In this document: one piece after another, positions 1-11,240 of the stretch | Layout of the letters: each line of letters starts with the position of its first letter | How positions within the stretch are numbered: position 1 is the stretch's first letter | NCBI RefSeq assembly: GCF_001447785.1 | Contig: NW_015163606.1 | Coordinates: 1,452,857 to 1,516,856, forward strand | Length of the DNA: 64,000 nt | Direction: 5' to 3' | DNA from: Gekko japonicus | Taxonomy: Eukaryota | Translations under genes and position numbers: made by a program | The notes under the pieces: model-generated | The model's input: the letters and a program-made list of their open reading frames with translations, nothing else | Database searches by the model: none | Told to the model about the DNA's origin: nothing

Positions 1-63
1 CTCTGTTCCATTTTTGGTCCTTTTTTTCATAGTAAGTTAGCGATCTGCACATAACTGCACATT

Positions 64-340
64 TGTGCACACCAGCAAGTTTTCAGCTGCCCTCTGAGGT
101 GAGGGGGGGAGGGAAGGGCAGGTTGAGAAGCCTTCTTTGTCATTTTTCATGCCAGTTCCTCTGCCTACAGCTTTGCAGCACGCAATTTTCGCTCCTTTCG
201 TGTTATTTGGTAGCAATGTGCACACCAGCAAGCTTTCAGCTGTCCTCTGAGGTGAGAAGGGGGGGAGGGAAGGGCAGGTTGAGAAGCCTTCTTTGTCATT
301 TTTCATGCCAGTTCCTCTGCCTACAGCTTTGCAGCACGCA
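64..340. repeat. Local direct duplication of ~120 bp (64-184 and 217-340)
   Basis: tgtgcacaccagcaag...ctttgcagcacgca occurs twice with few differences. Confidence 0.9.
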
Positions 341-531
341 GGGTGAGGAAGGGGGTAATTGAAAAGAAGTTTTTTCAGAGGGGGGCAGCCTCCTCCAGCT
401 GTCAAAACAGAGTGGTGCTTTGAATAAGCAGTTATGTGCATATGCAAAAGACATTTTTTTTAAAAAAGAAGCCACCAGACCACCCACTCTGTGGTTGCCC
501 CGCAGCAGTAATCTGAATGGTTGACCACAGT

Positions 532-939
532 CAGGGGTCATTTCATTAAAAAAGGTGCAGGAGCTCATTAGCATAACTCATTAGCAGAACTTATTTGCAT
601 ATGCCACACACCCTGACATCACTGAAAGTGTGTCAGAAGGCAACGCCCACCACTCAGGCTCCACTGGACTGTTTTGGATTGCTAGCTATTGGGGGGGACG
701 TGCAGATCTGTTCTCACAGAGGAGGGAAAGCTTGTACCTGAATAAAACTTGGTCTTAAAGGTGCCACTGGACTGTTTTGAATTGGGGGGCCGGGGGGAGC
801 TCTGCAACTTACCTGGCTACTTCTTGCTCTGACTGAGGGCTGCTGGGAGCAGGGGGTGAGGCTCGTTTCATGTGCCCGCCCCTGGGCTCTTTACTGTCGG
901 AGCTCCGCTCCTGTGTGCTCCCACAGGAAATGACCCCTG
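532..939. mobile_element. Non-autonomous hAT element (MITE)
   Basis: TIRs caggggtcattt / aaatgacccctg; perfect 8-bp TSD ACCACAGT (524-531, 940-947); subterminal CTCATTAGCA repeats. Confidence 0.9.
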
Positions 940-1329
940 ACCACAGTGCAAGAGTGCAGTGAGGCTGCTTCAGTGTGTGCTGTCTGATCACCCCTTTCCA
1001 CGATGATTTAAACCACTGCAAATAGAGGTCCCAATAGATTGCGCCAAGCCTCCAGTGTGACTGCAGCCCAAATGTGGCTGAAATTATATTTCAGGATAGA
1101 GGCATAATTAGGGAATGGATATCTGCTGTTTAATATGAGCTATGCAGATGCTATTTAGGGTTTCAGATACTTAAGTTTTTACACCCCACAATACATCCTG
1201 TTTCTCTCCATTTTGCATATAGCTCTCTGCTTTTCTAATATCCAAATGGGAATGGCTACTTCACAGCCTTGGGCAGTAGCTTCTCATTTTCTGAAACAAT
1301 TGTTCTTGCCTGATTACCAAACCACGTTT

Positions 1330-1857
1330 GATAACCATCTTCAAGTACTTGAAGGGCTATCGTATGGAGGATGGTACGGAGTTGTTTTCGATTGCCCCAG
1401 AAGGTCGGACCAGAACCAGTGGGTTGAAATTAAATCAGAAGAGTTTTCAACTAAACATTAGGAAGAACTTCCTGACAGAGCAGTTCCTCAGTGGAACAGG
1501 CTTCCTTGGGAGGTGGTGGGTTCTCCTTCTTTGGAGGTTTTCAAACAGAGGCTAGATGGCCATCTGTCAGCAATGCGGATTCTGTGAACTTAGACAGATC
1601 ATGAGAGGGAGGACAGGAAGGGTTGCCTCAGTGCTTAGTTCTTGTGGCCATTTCTTACACACCCCAGGAAATGCTGATTTCCACTTTGGGGTCAGGCCAG
1701 TTTGGCCAGGGATCCTGGATGTTTTTTGTCATCTTCTGGGCGTGGAACAGTGGTCACTGTGGGCGTGGAGGGGGAGGTATTTGTGAATTTCCTGCATTGT
1801 TCAGGGGGTTGGATTAGATGACCCTGGAGGTCCCTTCCAACTCTATGATTCTATGAT
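1330..1857 (+). mobile_element. CR1 LINE 3' fragment
   Basis: ITIFKYLKG...ELFSIAPEGRTRTSGLKL...LNIRKNFLT is the CR1 ORF2 C-terminus; ends ggtcccttccaactctatgattctatga (CR1 tail). Confidence 0.92.
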
Positions 1858-2739
1858 GCTATGTTTATCAAAGAAGAAGTGCCTTCTGGCATCATAAAAT
1901 CACTCATAATGAGTGCTGAGCTTAGTAAAAGTTAGCCTGGCAGATTTTTCCACATCTGAAAGTGACCAAAAACTTGATCTATTGGCTATTTTTAGAACCA
2001 ATAATAAATTATACGAGGCATAGAATTTATGTGCATGGCATTCATGTATTCACAACTAAGAAGAAACAGAAATACTAGCACAAAACTCTTTTACCACTGA
2101 TGGTAGCAAAACAGAGGCACATGTCCATAAGAAAGAAAGGGCTAGAAAGTGGTATCTTGTTGAATTGAAAGCATGTTATAGGACATAATTCATCATTTGA
2201 TTAATCAGGTATTATCAGACAATACAAAAATTGAATAATTCTTAAGAAGTAGGCTTGGATCCTAAGTGGCATGTACAGAAGTGCATTAGAGGAAGGCAAT
2301 TTCCCCACCTTCCCACTCTCAAAGATGTTTCTTCAGGCTAGTAGACCTGGAGGAGTAGAGTAGGGGCAAATTGAGAGTCTGCTCAGAAGGGCAGAAATGA
2401 CAAAATCTCCCTCCTTTCACAAATGGAAAGGCTGTTCTGTTGGAAGATTGCTTTTGAGCTGATGGAATGACACTATAGGATCCTTGCCTTAAGGTTCTGG
2501 AATGATAACAAAATAAACATATTGGCCTAGATCCTGAAACCTCTTGTTCAAGCAGAAGAATATATTTGGATTTAGCTTTGCTTTTTCTGAAACACTGATT
2601 TTCTCAAGTTGCAATCAGCTTTTCTGTGTGTGCATATGAAAGGGTATCTTTTAAAGCAACTCATACTTAAAACTGCCTTAAGTCCTCAGAGAAGGACAGA
2701 CTATAAATAATGTCAATTTATTTTTAAAAAACAACATTG

Positions 2740-4470
2740 TTTAGGAAAAAAAATCCCACTTTTCTGTCCTGATCAGGGTCAGCAAGGCAGCTAACAGGTT
2801 AAAAGCACACATAATAAGAACACATCTTTAAAACAACAACATTAAATACAAACCAAACTACATCATTAAAACAATTGCATATGCTGTACAATAGAATATA
2901 CATACATAAAAACAACAGTTATAATAGGACAAGAAGGAGGGATCACTGAGGGAACATCAGATGAAACATGAAACAAAAATGTGTGGTGGAAGATGGCAAC
3001 AAATGGGGACAAACAAGTTTTTCTGTGGATAGAATTCCAGAGGTTTGGAGCCGAGACTGACAAGGCCCTCTGTCAGGTTGCCAGCCATCTAATCTCAAAC
3101 AGTTGGCGAACCTGAAGCAGGGCTTCAGAAGATAACCATAGTGGTCAGGTAGGTTCTCTGGAGTAGATGCTCCTCAAGGCATGCAGCTCCCAAGCCATGT
3201 AGAGCTTCAAAGGTCAATGCCACCACCTTGAATTGTGCCTGGAAACAGATTAGAAACCAGAGTAGATGAGCCCAGCCTGTAATTACATGGTCCTGATGAT
3301 CCACTGCACTCAGTATCCTGGCTGCAACTTTCTTCGCCAGTTTAAGTTTATGAACACTCTTCAAGGCAGCCCTACACGTAGAGCACATTGCAGTAATTTA
3401 ATCTAGATGTAACCAGGGTGTTCACCACAGTGGCCAGATCATTTTTTGTCCAAGAAAGGCTGCAGGTGGCTAACAAGTCAAAGTTGGTAAAAGGCACCCC
3501 TGGCCACAGCTGCCACCTTCTTATCCCTCAGTAGGCCTGTGTCCAAGAGCACTCCCAAATGATGGACCCATTCCTTGAAGGGGAGTGCAATCTCATCCAG
3601 AACAGCTGACACCTTAAATCTCAGGTCAGAACTTCTCACCTGTAGGACTTCCATCGTTGGGATTAAGCTTCAGTTTATTAGCATTGATTCAGGGTTTCTG
3701 CAGCCTCCCTGGGATCAGCTGGAAGCTGAGCATCCTCTGCATGTTGGTGATAACCCAGCTGAAATCTTCAGATAACCTCTCCCACTGGTTTCATTGAAAG
3801 TCACAGGGGACATGATGGAGCTTTGTGGGACCCCACAGGCTGAAGACCTTGGGGATGAGCAGCAGTCCCCCGGTACCACCTTCTGAGACCTGACCTCAAC
3901 TGCAAAACAGTGCCTCCCAGTCCTAGCCCAGAAAGGTGGTCCAGAAGGATATCAGGATCAATGGTATCAAAAGCTGCTGAGATGTCCAAGAGAATATTTC
4001 TTTGCCGCCATCATCACCATGTAATAAGCTTTAAGATGAGCTTTAGCCTGTGTCTTAGCAGATTCATCTTGAGTCTTCCTTCACTGTTGCTCTTGTGTCT
4101 TTTCATATCCTGCAGGCCCTGAGTAAAAAAGTAGACTTTCTGGGCTCTAACACTTGAGAGAGGGCACCTGGGAATAATTGTGTCAATCTTCTCATTCCAG
4201 AGGTCAACCAGGGCATTGACAGGATAATCAGCCATATTGACAGGCATATCCCCTGTAGTAATTCAGAAGCCATTTGGATCCATATGGCTCCAGAAGTGGA
4301 TCATTTTAATAGATCCCTCGCCCCTGCAAAGTCTTGCTATCCCTGTAAATTTAAACTGAAGTAAATAGTGATCTGTCCATGACAAAGGAACCATGATCAT
4401 GTCCTCCACCATCAGATCACATTCATCCTGCCCAGAACAAAGTGCCAGAATATAAGTGTGACCTGCACAG
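2740..4470 (-). mobile_element. Degraded, internally deleted L2 LINE
   Basis: Minus-strand peptides DISAAFDTID..ILLDHL.GLGLGGTVL, KVAARILS, HLLW..QAQFKV..LTF.ALHGLG, APNLWNS; L2-type 3' end near 2750-2800. Confidence 0.85.
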
Positions 4471-6040
4471 TGTGCACAGATACACCACGTGGAGCAGCGT
4501 TACCAGGGAAATAACTCACTCCCTGCCAGGTTTTGGAATAGGAAACTGGTTTGGGGAGGGCATAGGAGCCCTTCTTCCCCCCACAGCACTGTTCTAAGCC
4601 ATTTCCTGGTGTGTGACAGCAGGGAACACGAGTTCCATCTGGGGAACCCAGACCCAACTTTCTTTTTAATGATGTTTATTTTGGGCCTAAGGAAGCCAGA
4701 CTGTGGAACCTACCTAAGAAACTCAGGCCATGTATTAGATGTAAAATTTGCCCCCCCCCCCCAAATCTGTTTAGTATTATTGTGCAAAACTGGGATCTGT
4801 AGAATATTCAGAGGTTGCATCCTCATAAACACTTCAAAAGAATGCTGTGAATTCTTTTGTTTTCTGTCTAAAGCAAAATAAGAAGTGGGGGGAAACCCAC
4901 AAATTTGCTGAGCCACACATTTCAAGTTGCCGACAACCCCATGCACAAGAAAACAGAAGAAAATATATATGCACTCTGTCCTGNNNNNNNNNNNNNNNNN
5001 NNNNNNNNNNNNNNNNNNNNNNNNNNNNNNNNNNNNNNNNNNNNNNNNNNNNNNNNNNNNNNNNNNNNNNNNNNNNNNNNNNNNNNNNNNNNNNNNNNNN
5101 NNNNNNNNNNNNNNNNNNNNNNNNNNNNNNNNNNNNNNNNNNNNNNNNNNNNNNNNNNNNNNNNNNNNNNNAATTTGAAGTTTTGTGCTGGAGACACATA
5201 GATAGTCCTGCAGCTTGTGAATTAAGATTTATCTTTTTTTTTCCCCCTCATAGGATTTTTTTTTTAAAACCAGGGCTTGACAAAAATGAAAGCACCTTAG
5301 GGATCCTGGTAAATGTTACTGCATGAAATGAAAGAGCTGTTGTCAAGGTGAAACCATGACCTAGAAGCCTAATATCAAACCTTGGTCATTCTTCTCAAGC
5401 AGCCGCATCAGAACAGAGAGCAAAAGGTCTATATGAAGTGAAACAAGGATGAATTTATCCATAGCCTATTTTATAGTGATTCCTGTCAAATGCTCTCACT
5501 CCCAAGTTTATGACACAAAGGAAAATGAAAGTTGGCAGGTGTATTTTGTAAGAAATAAAGGGTGGAGGGAAATTAGGAATGTATTCACTGATTGTAGACA
5601 CCTCTGTTTATAAAAGCTATTTCTGCAATAAAAGACTACTAGGTACCTTGCCCTCCAGATACTCAGCCTTGTATTAGTAATTAAGAAAGTGTCATAATAG
5701 TTATAGTGATTATTACTTACGAGGGAAGATTAGTGGAAAATGTTAAAAAGGAGCCTGGGTGCTGGACTTGAATAGCTAAATGAATACATGGATCAAAATA
5801 TTTAAATCCCCCTTTCATATAAGTGGTCTCTAGCTGATCATAGAGCAAGGGAGGAAAGAAAATTTGCTTGGCTCCCCCTGGTGGAAGTGCTTTGAGGTTT
5901 GGCTTCTCAGGGAGCATAGCTAATACCAGCAATTGTATAACTGGGGGCAGGGAGGAGAAAAATACCTTTCAGTCTCCCAGGATGACAGAGCAACTGGGCA
6001 ATGGCATGTTTGGGTTAAATTGCCATTAAGACAGAAAGGT

Positions 6041-6262
6041 GTGGTGTGGTGTGGTGGTTAGACGATTTGAGAAACCGTGTTTGAATCTCCACTCTGCCAT
6101 AGAAACTCGCTGGGTGAGCTTGCCAGTCACACACTTGCAGCTTAAACAACCTCGCAGAGATCTTATGAGGATAAAATGGAGAAGAGAAGAATCAGAACAG
6201 CTTAGAAGCTTCTTTGTGTCCCTACTGGGGAGAAGGCAGGGTATAAATGAAACAAACAAATA
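6041..6262 (+). mobile_element. tRNA-derived SINE with CORE/L2-type tail
   Basis: Degenerate box A/B head (gtggtggttag, gtttgaatctc); tgaggataaaatggag; tail gcagggtataaatgaaacaaacaaataa. Confidence 0.7.
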
Positions 6263-6406
6263 ACTCTAGGGATCCAGTCAATTACGTTAAACTGGATTGT
6301 GTGCTGTAAATATACTGCAATATCTAACACAGGTAAAATAAACCACAGTTTGTGGTATTAATAATGTCTGCTATGCTATTTTTATGCAACATACATAGGA
6401 TATAAT

Positions 6407-7149
6407 ATAGAAAAGAGTAAGAGTCCAGCAGCACCTTAAAGACTGACAGAATTTGTGGTAGGGTATGAGCTTTTGTGAGTCCCTGCTCACTTCTTCAGAT
6501 GCACGCTTGAGATAAACCGGGGAAGGAGCAAGGGTATTCCCTCCGGAGGAATTTGAGCCACAGTTGTGCAATCACACAGTCCTTTGAAGCTGCAGGAGCA
6601 TCCCGCCACTGTATGATCAAACGTAACCGCGGGTGAGTCGGGGTTCCTCCCCCATTTGTTTCCGATTCACTTAACCAGGGAATCAATGAATCACATCTCA
6701 GCACTGAGGGCTCCCTATGGAGTGTGCAATGATGCACATACTGAGAAGGGGGGGGGGAACAACGACATGGAGTCGGGATGGCCTGATTAGACCATCCTGA
6801 CGCCATGAGAGCGCGCTGGAGTGATCAGACAGGGGAAAGTCCATCTGTGGCCCATAGCAACCCATTTGCTACTGGATTTTCCCTAGTGTCTTTTTACTCT
6901 GCTTCTGTGGCGGAGCAAAACAGGTTGCCGATGGGTGCGGGGTGCTTTTCAGATGTTCATGTCTGATCGCGCCCTTTAAATCCACCTGGCATTCAAGCCT
7001 ATGGTGCTGCTGATTGTGCATGTGATCGCGACCAGTGACTCATGAAAGCTCGTCCCCTACTACAAATTTTGTTAGTCTTTAAGGTGCTACTGTACTCTTT
7101 TCTACTGCTAGAGATAGACTAACATGGCTACCCATCTTGGTCTATCTCC
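6407..7149. mobile_element. Penelope-like (PLE) inverted-repeat remnant with an internal MITE-like insert
   Basis: 6415-6502 (-) and 7033-7140 (+) are inverted copies of the PLE 3' motif (...aaagctcataccctaccacaaatt..gttagtctttaaggtgctactggactc); 10-bp TSD AGGATATAAT (6397-6406, 7150-7159). Confidence 0.75.
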
Positions 7150-7279
7150 AGGATATAATGTACTCAATAATAATTGTTAATATTTAGTATTGAAGAAATG
7201 TTAATCGGTTTTATTGGTCTGATCAGCAGGCATTAAATAGAGTGGCAGATGTTTTGGAAATATTGTAAACCAGAGAATT

Positions 7280-7369
7280 ACAGTGAGGTCCTAAGCAGAA
7301 TTATACCCTTCTAAATCCACTGAAGTCAATGGGCTTATAAACATGTAACTCTGTTGAGGATTCTACTGT
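7280..7369. mobile_element. Short palindromic MITE (related copies ~10580-10662 and 61978-62066)
   Basis: Imperfect hairpin cagtg..cctaagcagaattatacc...tgtaactctgttgagg..actg recurring in the window. Confidence 0.55.
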
Positions 7370-8349
7370 TAATTTTCCTCAGTATTATGCATGGAATACT
7401 ATATATCAAGAAATTATTAGAATTTTCTATGTGCAAGCTGTATTTGCTTTAGAAATAATTTCTACTTCTCCCATCTAATGATTTTATATGCTGGGTATTT
7501 ATTCTGAAGCAGTCCAAATATCTGGCACAAGTGTTGGTTGCACTCCTACATATCAGTCCATAGTTAAGCAAAAGTATTTGTATTTAATCCCATAGAAATC
7601 AATGGCAAACTGGTTTTAAGTTTAATTGCTTTGGTTTAGCGTGGTCCTGGATTGGACTGTCAGTCATATTCCTAGCTTTCAGCTCAGTATCCTGCATTGA
7701 GAGTCAGAATCGAACAACATTTTATATCACTGAAGGCTACAGGAAGTATATGATCAGTGCTGAAAACTCATAGATTCTCACAGGTCATAAAATTTATTTC
7801 TGTAAACAATGACTTTTTCTTTTTAAAAATTACAGCACATTTGAACTCTTATTCCTTTGCTCTCTGAATACTGAATACATAAGTAATATATTGACTAAAG
7901 CATTTCCTTTACAAGCTAAATAATGGCATTCTTACCACCCAGTCATTACTTTTTTCACTTGACTGATTTACATCTCATAATATAACTCTGGCATCCTTTT
8001 ACTGAATAATTTCATAATAGTGAAAAATACCTTTAGAGCCCCAACATACAGCTTCATTAACATATTGCAGTCATCTTTCTTCGACTGATGCTAGCTTGTT
8101 GTTAGCCCACCCATATAAGAGGAAATCATCTTCTGATGATTACCTGTATTTAGGGATGTTGTACCTGGATGCCACGTGGAAACTCTTTTCTCTTTGGTTC
8201 TCTTGTGTTGTTTGCGATGTCCATGCAGGTGAGATAGTAAAGCAGTTAATGTTCCTGCACAACAGCCCTGATTGTGGCTTAACTTTCTCTGCTTTCTGAT
8301 ACAAGGTCACTTACTATGAAGCTCTTTCTGGACAAAATCTAACCTTGGG

Positions 8350-8512
8350 TTCTTTTGCACATTGAGGATTCCAGATTAAACCCAAGCGGTTCCAGTTAAA
8401 AGGGTCAGGTAATATGAAAGACCTTCACCCCAGACCACTGTCAGTAAGATAGACAATACTGACACAATAAGACCACTGGTGGGACTCAGTGCAAACCAGC
8501 TTCACTTGTGAT
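8350..8512 (+). mobile_element. Degraded SINE with CR1-like tail (same family as 28832-29020)
   Basis: Shared ccagttaaaagg.tc.ggt..tgaaagacc...aatactgac...gacca motifs. Confidence 0.5.
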
Positions 8513-8794
8513 CTGGCCTTTATCAACACTTGTGCTTTTGTCTTTCAACACTTTGGCAGTTTCACATTTGGTTTTACCTGTGTGAATGTGAGCTGTGTTG
8601 GTATGGCTCTTAACTATTTAGTCATGTTTTTTTGTGCGTAACAGTGAGCAGTACAGGGCATAATAATGATTCTGGAATGGTGGATAGGATATCAACTATC
8701 CTGGTTTTCTATTATCACACCCATGACTAATGCAGCTTTGGTTTTATGTCATTATGTATGTTATGAATACATGACATAGATATGCTACATTGAT

Positions 8795-9278
8795 ATTTAT
8801 ATTTATTTATACTTTCAATTTGTACCCCGCTCACCCCCGAAGGGCTCTGAGCGGCTTACACGGTGCATGGTGCAGAGACCTATGCAGAAACCCTAACTAT
8901 GGCCACAGTACGTCTGGGGTGGGGGGGAGCCCTACCAGGTACCCTCCCGGCTCCGATCGTTCATTTATCCAGCGAGTAGGCGACTTCTTCCAGTTCTCTC
9001 CGGTGCGTCTTCCGCGGCCTCCGCTGTTCTTTCGGCTCTCTGGCGACTCCTCTCGGGGGCTGTTGGTTATGGGCCCTGGTGCGCAGCCGCGGTGGGCGTC
9101 ACAACATCCTTGTGGCTCCGGATGTCCTCCTGCTAGCCACGTCATCAGGTGCCGAGCCAACCACCTCCTTGGGATGTTGCTGCCTCTCTTCATCTCCTCC
9201 ACGCTGACTGCCGCTGTGTCGCCGCCGCTTCTCGATTTCTCGCTCGGCTGGAGCCCAATTTCGAGGGGGGGGGGTTAC
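8795..9278 (-). mobile_element. CpG-rich retroposed element with L2-type 3' tail
   Basis: Minus-strand end tgtaagccgctcagagcccttcgggggtgagcggggtac...aataaatataaat (L2 stem-loop and tail); 7-bp direct repeat CATTGAT (8788-8794, 9279-9285). Confidence 0.7.
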
Positions 9279-10399
9279 CATTGATCTACCATTTACCTCT
9301 GTTGTACCAGGACATGCAGACTTAACCATGATTCTACATGCTCACGCTGCACTTCATAAAATATAAGATTGTGTTGTTTGTATTGATATTTAGATCAATA
9401 ATTTTTGCATCAAAAATGTTCTCTGAGAGAATATTGTAATAGACAACAAGAGCAAGAAGTATTCGGAATTCTCTTGCTTTTCTAAAAAGTAGCTGAAGGA
9501 CATAGCAAGATTTTGTCAGGGAGTTTTAGTAAACCTTTCCTTATCTTCCTTGAGGCATTCAAGAACAGAAGTCTGATAATATGATGCTTTATAACATAAT
9601 CTTCATAAACCAACAGTATTACTATGTTTCTGTGTTAAAATATTACTAAATATATTGCAGATAGAAAACTAGGCACTTGAATACAGATCAAAAGAAAGAT
9701 ACTTTGTTTTTTTAAAAATATAGACACATAGAGGGATTATTCACAGGAACAATTGACTGATATGCCCTAACCTTCAACTCTGAAACTGTGATGAACTTAA
9801 TGGGGTTGATCTGTTAGCTGAAGCAAACATTCAGAAATGTTGGAGAGGAAGCATGTGAGACATGAGGGAGTGAACTGGGTCTTTAGCCAGCCAACAAGTA
9901 TACTGATACTGTGTGATAGGCAATTGCAGCTAATATATGACAGAAAATGAAGAAAACAGACACTTGCAAGAGAGTAAACATAAAAACAGAGACAAGAGAT
10001 AGGAACATTAAAAACCCACTTCTTATTTACAATCTGTTGTATAAAATGTAGCAAACTTCTTTTTGTATAATAGTTAAGCGATTTAATTGATCAGCAGTTT
10101 CAAAGCATTTTCAGGTTATAAAAATACAAATTAAATTAAAATTGACTTCTGAAAGATTAAATAAGGTTTATATCCAATTAAGTTACATTTGATATAAAAT
10201 CTAAAGGGATTTGCACAAAGTGTTGCTTTTTTCTAGGTAGTTTAATTATGAAATATAGTTTCATGTTGCATTATTCCTTTTTCCTTAAAACGTGTCACTC
10301 AGGCCCATCAAAATAATAACAAGAAGCTGATAAAATACCAATATCCATTTCCCCCCCCCCCTCAACACAGTGGAAAGTGCCAACAAATTGCATCTGACT

Positions 10400-10526
10400 T
10401 ATTGTGACTCTGTAGCAACCCTGGGCTTCCTTGTTGTTTTCTCATTCAAATACTAACCAGGGCTGACCCTGCTTATCTTCTGAGATTTGATGAGATCAGA
10501 CTAGCCTGGGCACCCAGGTCAAGGCC
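10400..10526 (-). mobile_element. 5S rRNA-derived SINE fragment
   Basis: Reverse complement gatctcatcaaatctcagaagataagcagggtcagccctggttagtatttgaatg resembles the 5S rRNA internal control region. Confidence 0.75.
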
Positions 10527-10722
10527 AGCTCCTATATAGGTAACCCAAAATATCATTATTTCAGTTTTAGCCCACTTACTGTGCCATGCTCAGTTACATC
10601 CTTATAAGTCCACTAATGTCAATGAGTTTAGACAGGTGTCACACTGTTTATGATTGCACAGTTGGTGCATTTTTGATATGCAGTAGTAGTGTCTGTACAA
10701 AATGAATGGACAAAATATGTTT

Positions 10723-11240
10723 TGTAAGATGGATTTTGCCCATAAACTTGTTGGTTGACTTACCAAACTTTATCCTTGTGGGAATTACTCCTACATCAAA
10801 GGTGCCTTTTGGCAAGGTGTGAATCTTCCGTTCCCATGGACACCCTCTTGATTTGCAGATCTGGTTCCTGCTCCAAAGCCATAAACGCTATTGTCTTTAG
10901 ATCTCCAAACCAGATTAAGGGAGTAGGGTCACTTGCTCTTTCCATTCCAAGAATGCCGGGGTTCGCTGGGGATTTTCCACAGCTCTCCAAGTGGGTGCAA
11001 TGGCGCGGTGTCTTCTCCATCCCAAAGAGTCATGGGATACATTCCAGGGACGCACATGGTCCGTATGTGCAACGGCAGGCCCAGGCCAGCCTATTTCTAG
11101 GCAAGCATGAGATGCAGAACAAAGCAACACACAACATACAGCAATCCCTGAATACATATTGCATAGGTATTCATGCTAGAGACACACATAAGCAGCATCA
11201 CCACTATACAGAAATACAAACATAAGCTCATATCGTTACA
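10723..11240. mobile_element. Possible solo LTR
   Basis: Starts tgtaagat, ends atcgttaca (TG..CA with short inverted ends); CpG-richer than flanks; no TSD seen. Confidence 0.3.

Noticed and set aside
4834-5326. ORFs spanning N-runs (also near 13.0, 16.0, 25.5, 48.5, 54.3 and 56.4 kb)
   Set aside because: Artefacts of assembly gaps
8165-8254. 90-bp minus-strand AG...GT exon-like segment open in two frames
   Set aside because: Weak splice signals, unrecognised peptide and no partner exons
9120-9150. Minus-strand CTGATGA followed by a gtggct/agccac stem as a hammerhead
   Set aside because: No GAAA after the stem and no stems I or III
10764-11096. Minus-strand exon-like segment with a good GTAAGT donor, and plus-strand ORF 10755-11225
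   Set aside because: Stops in all three minus frames, no recognisable protein, and it lies in a possible LTR
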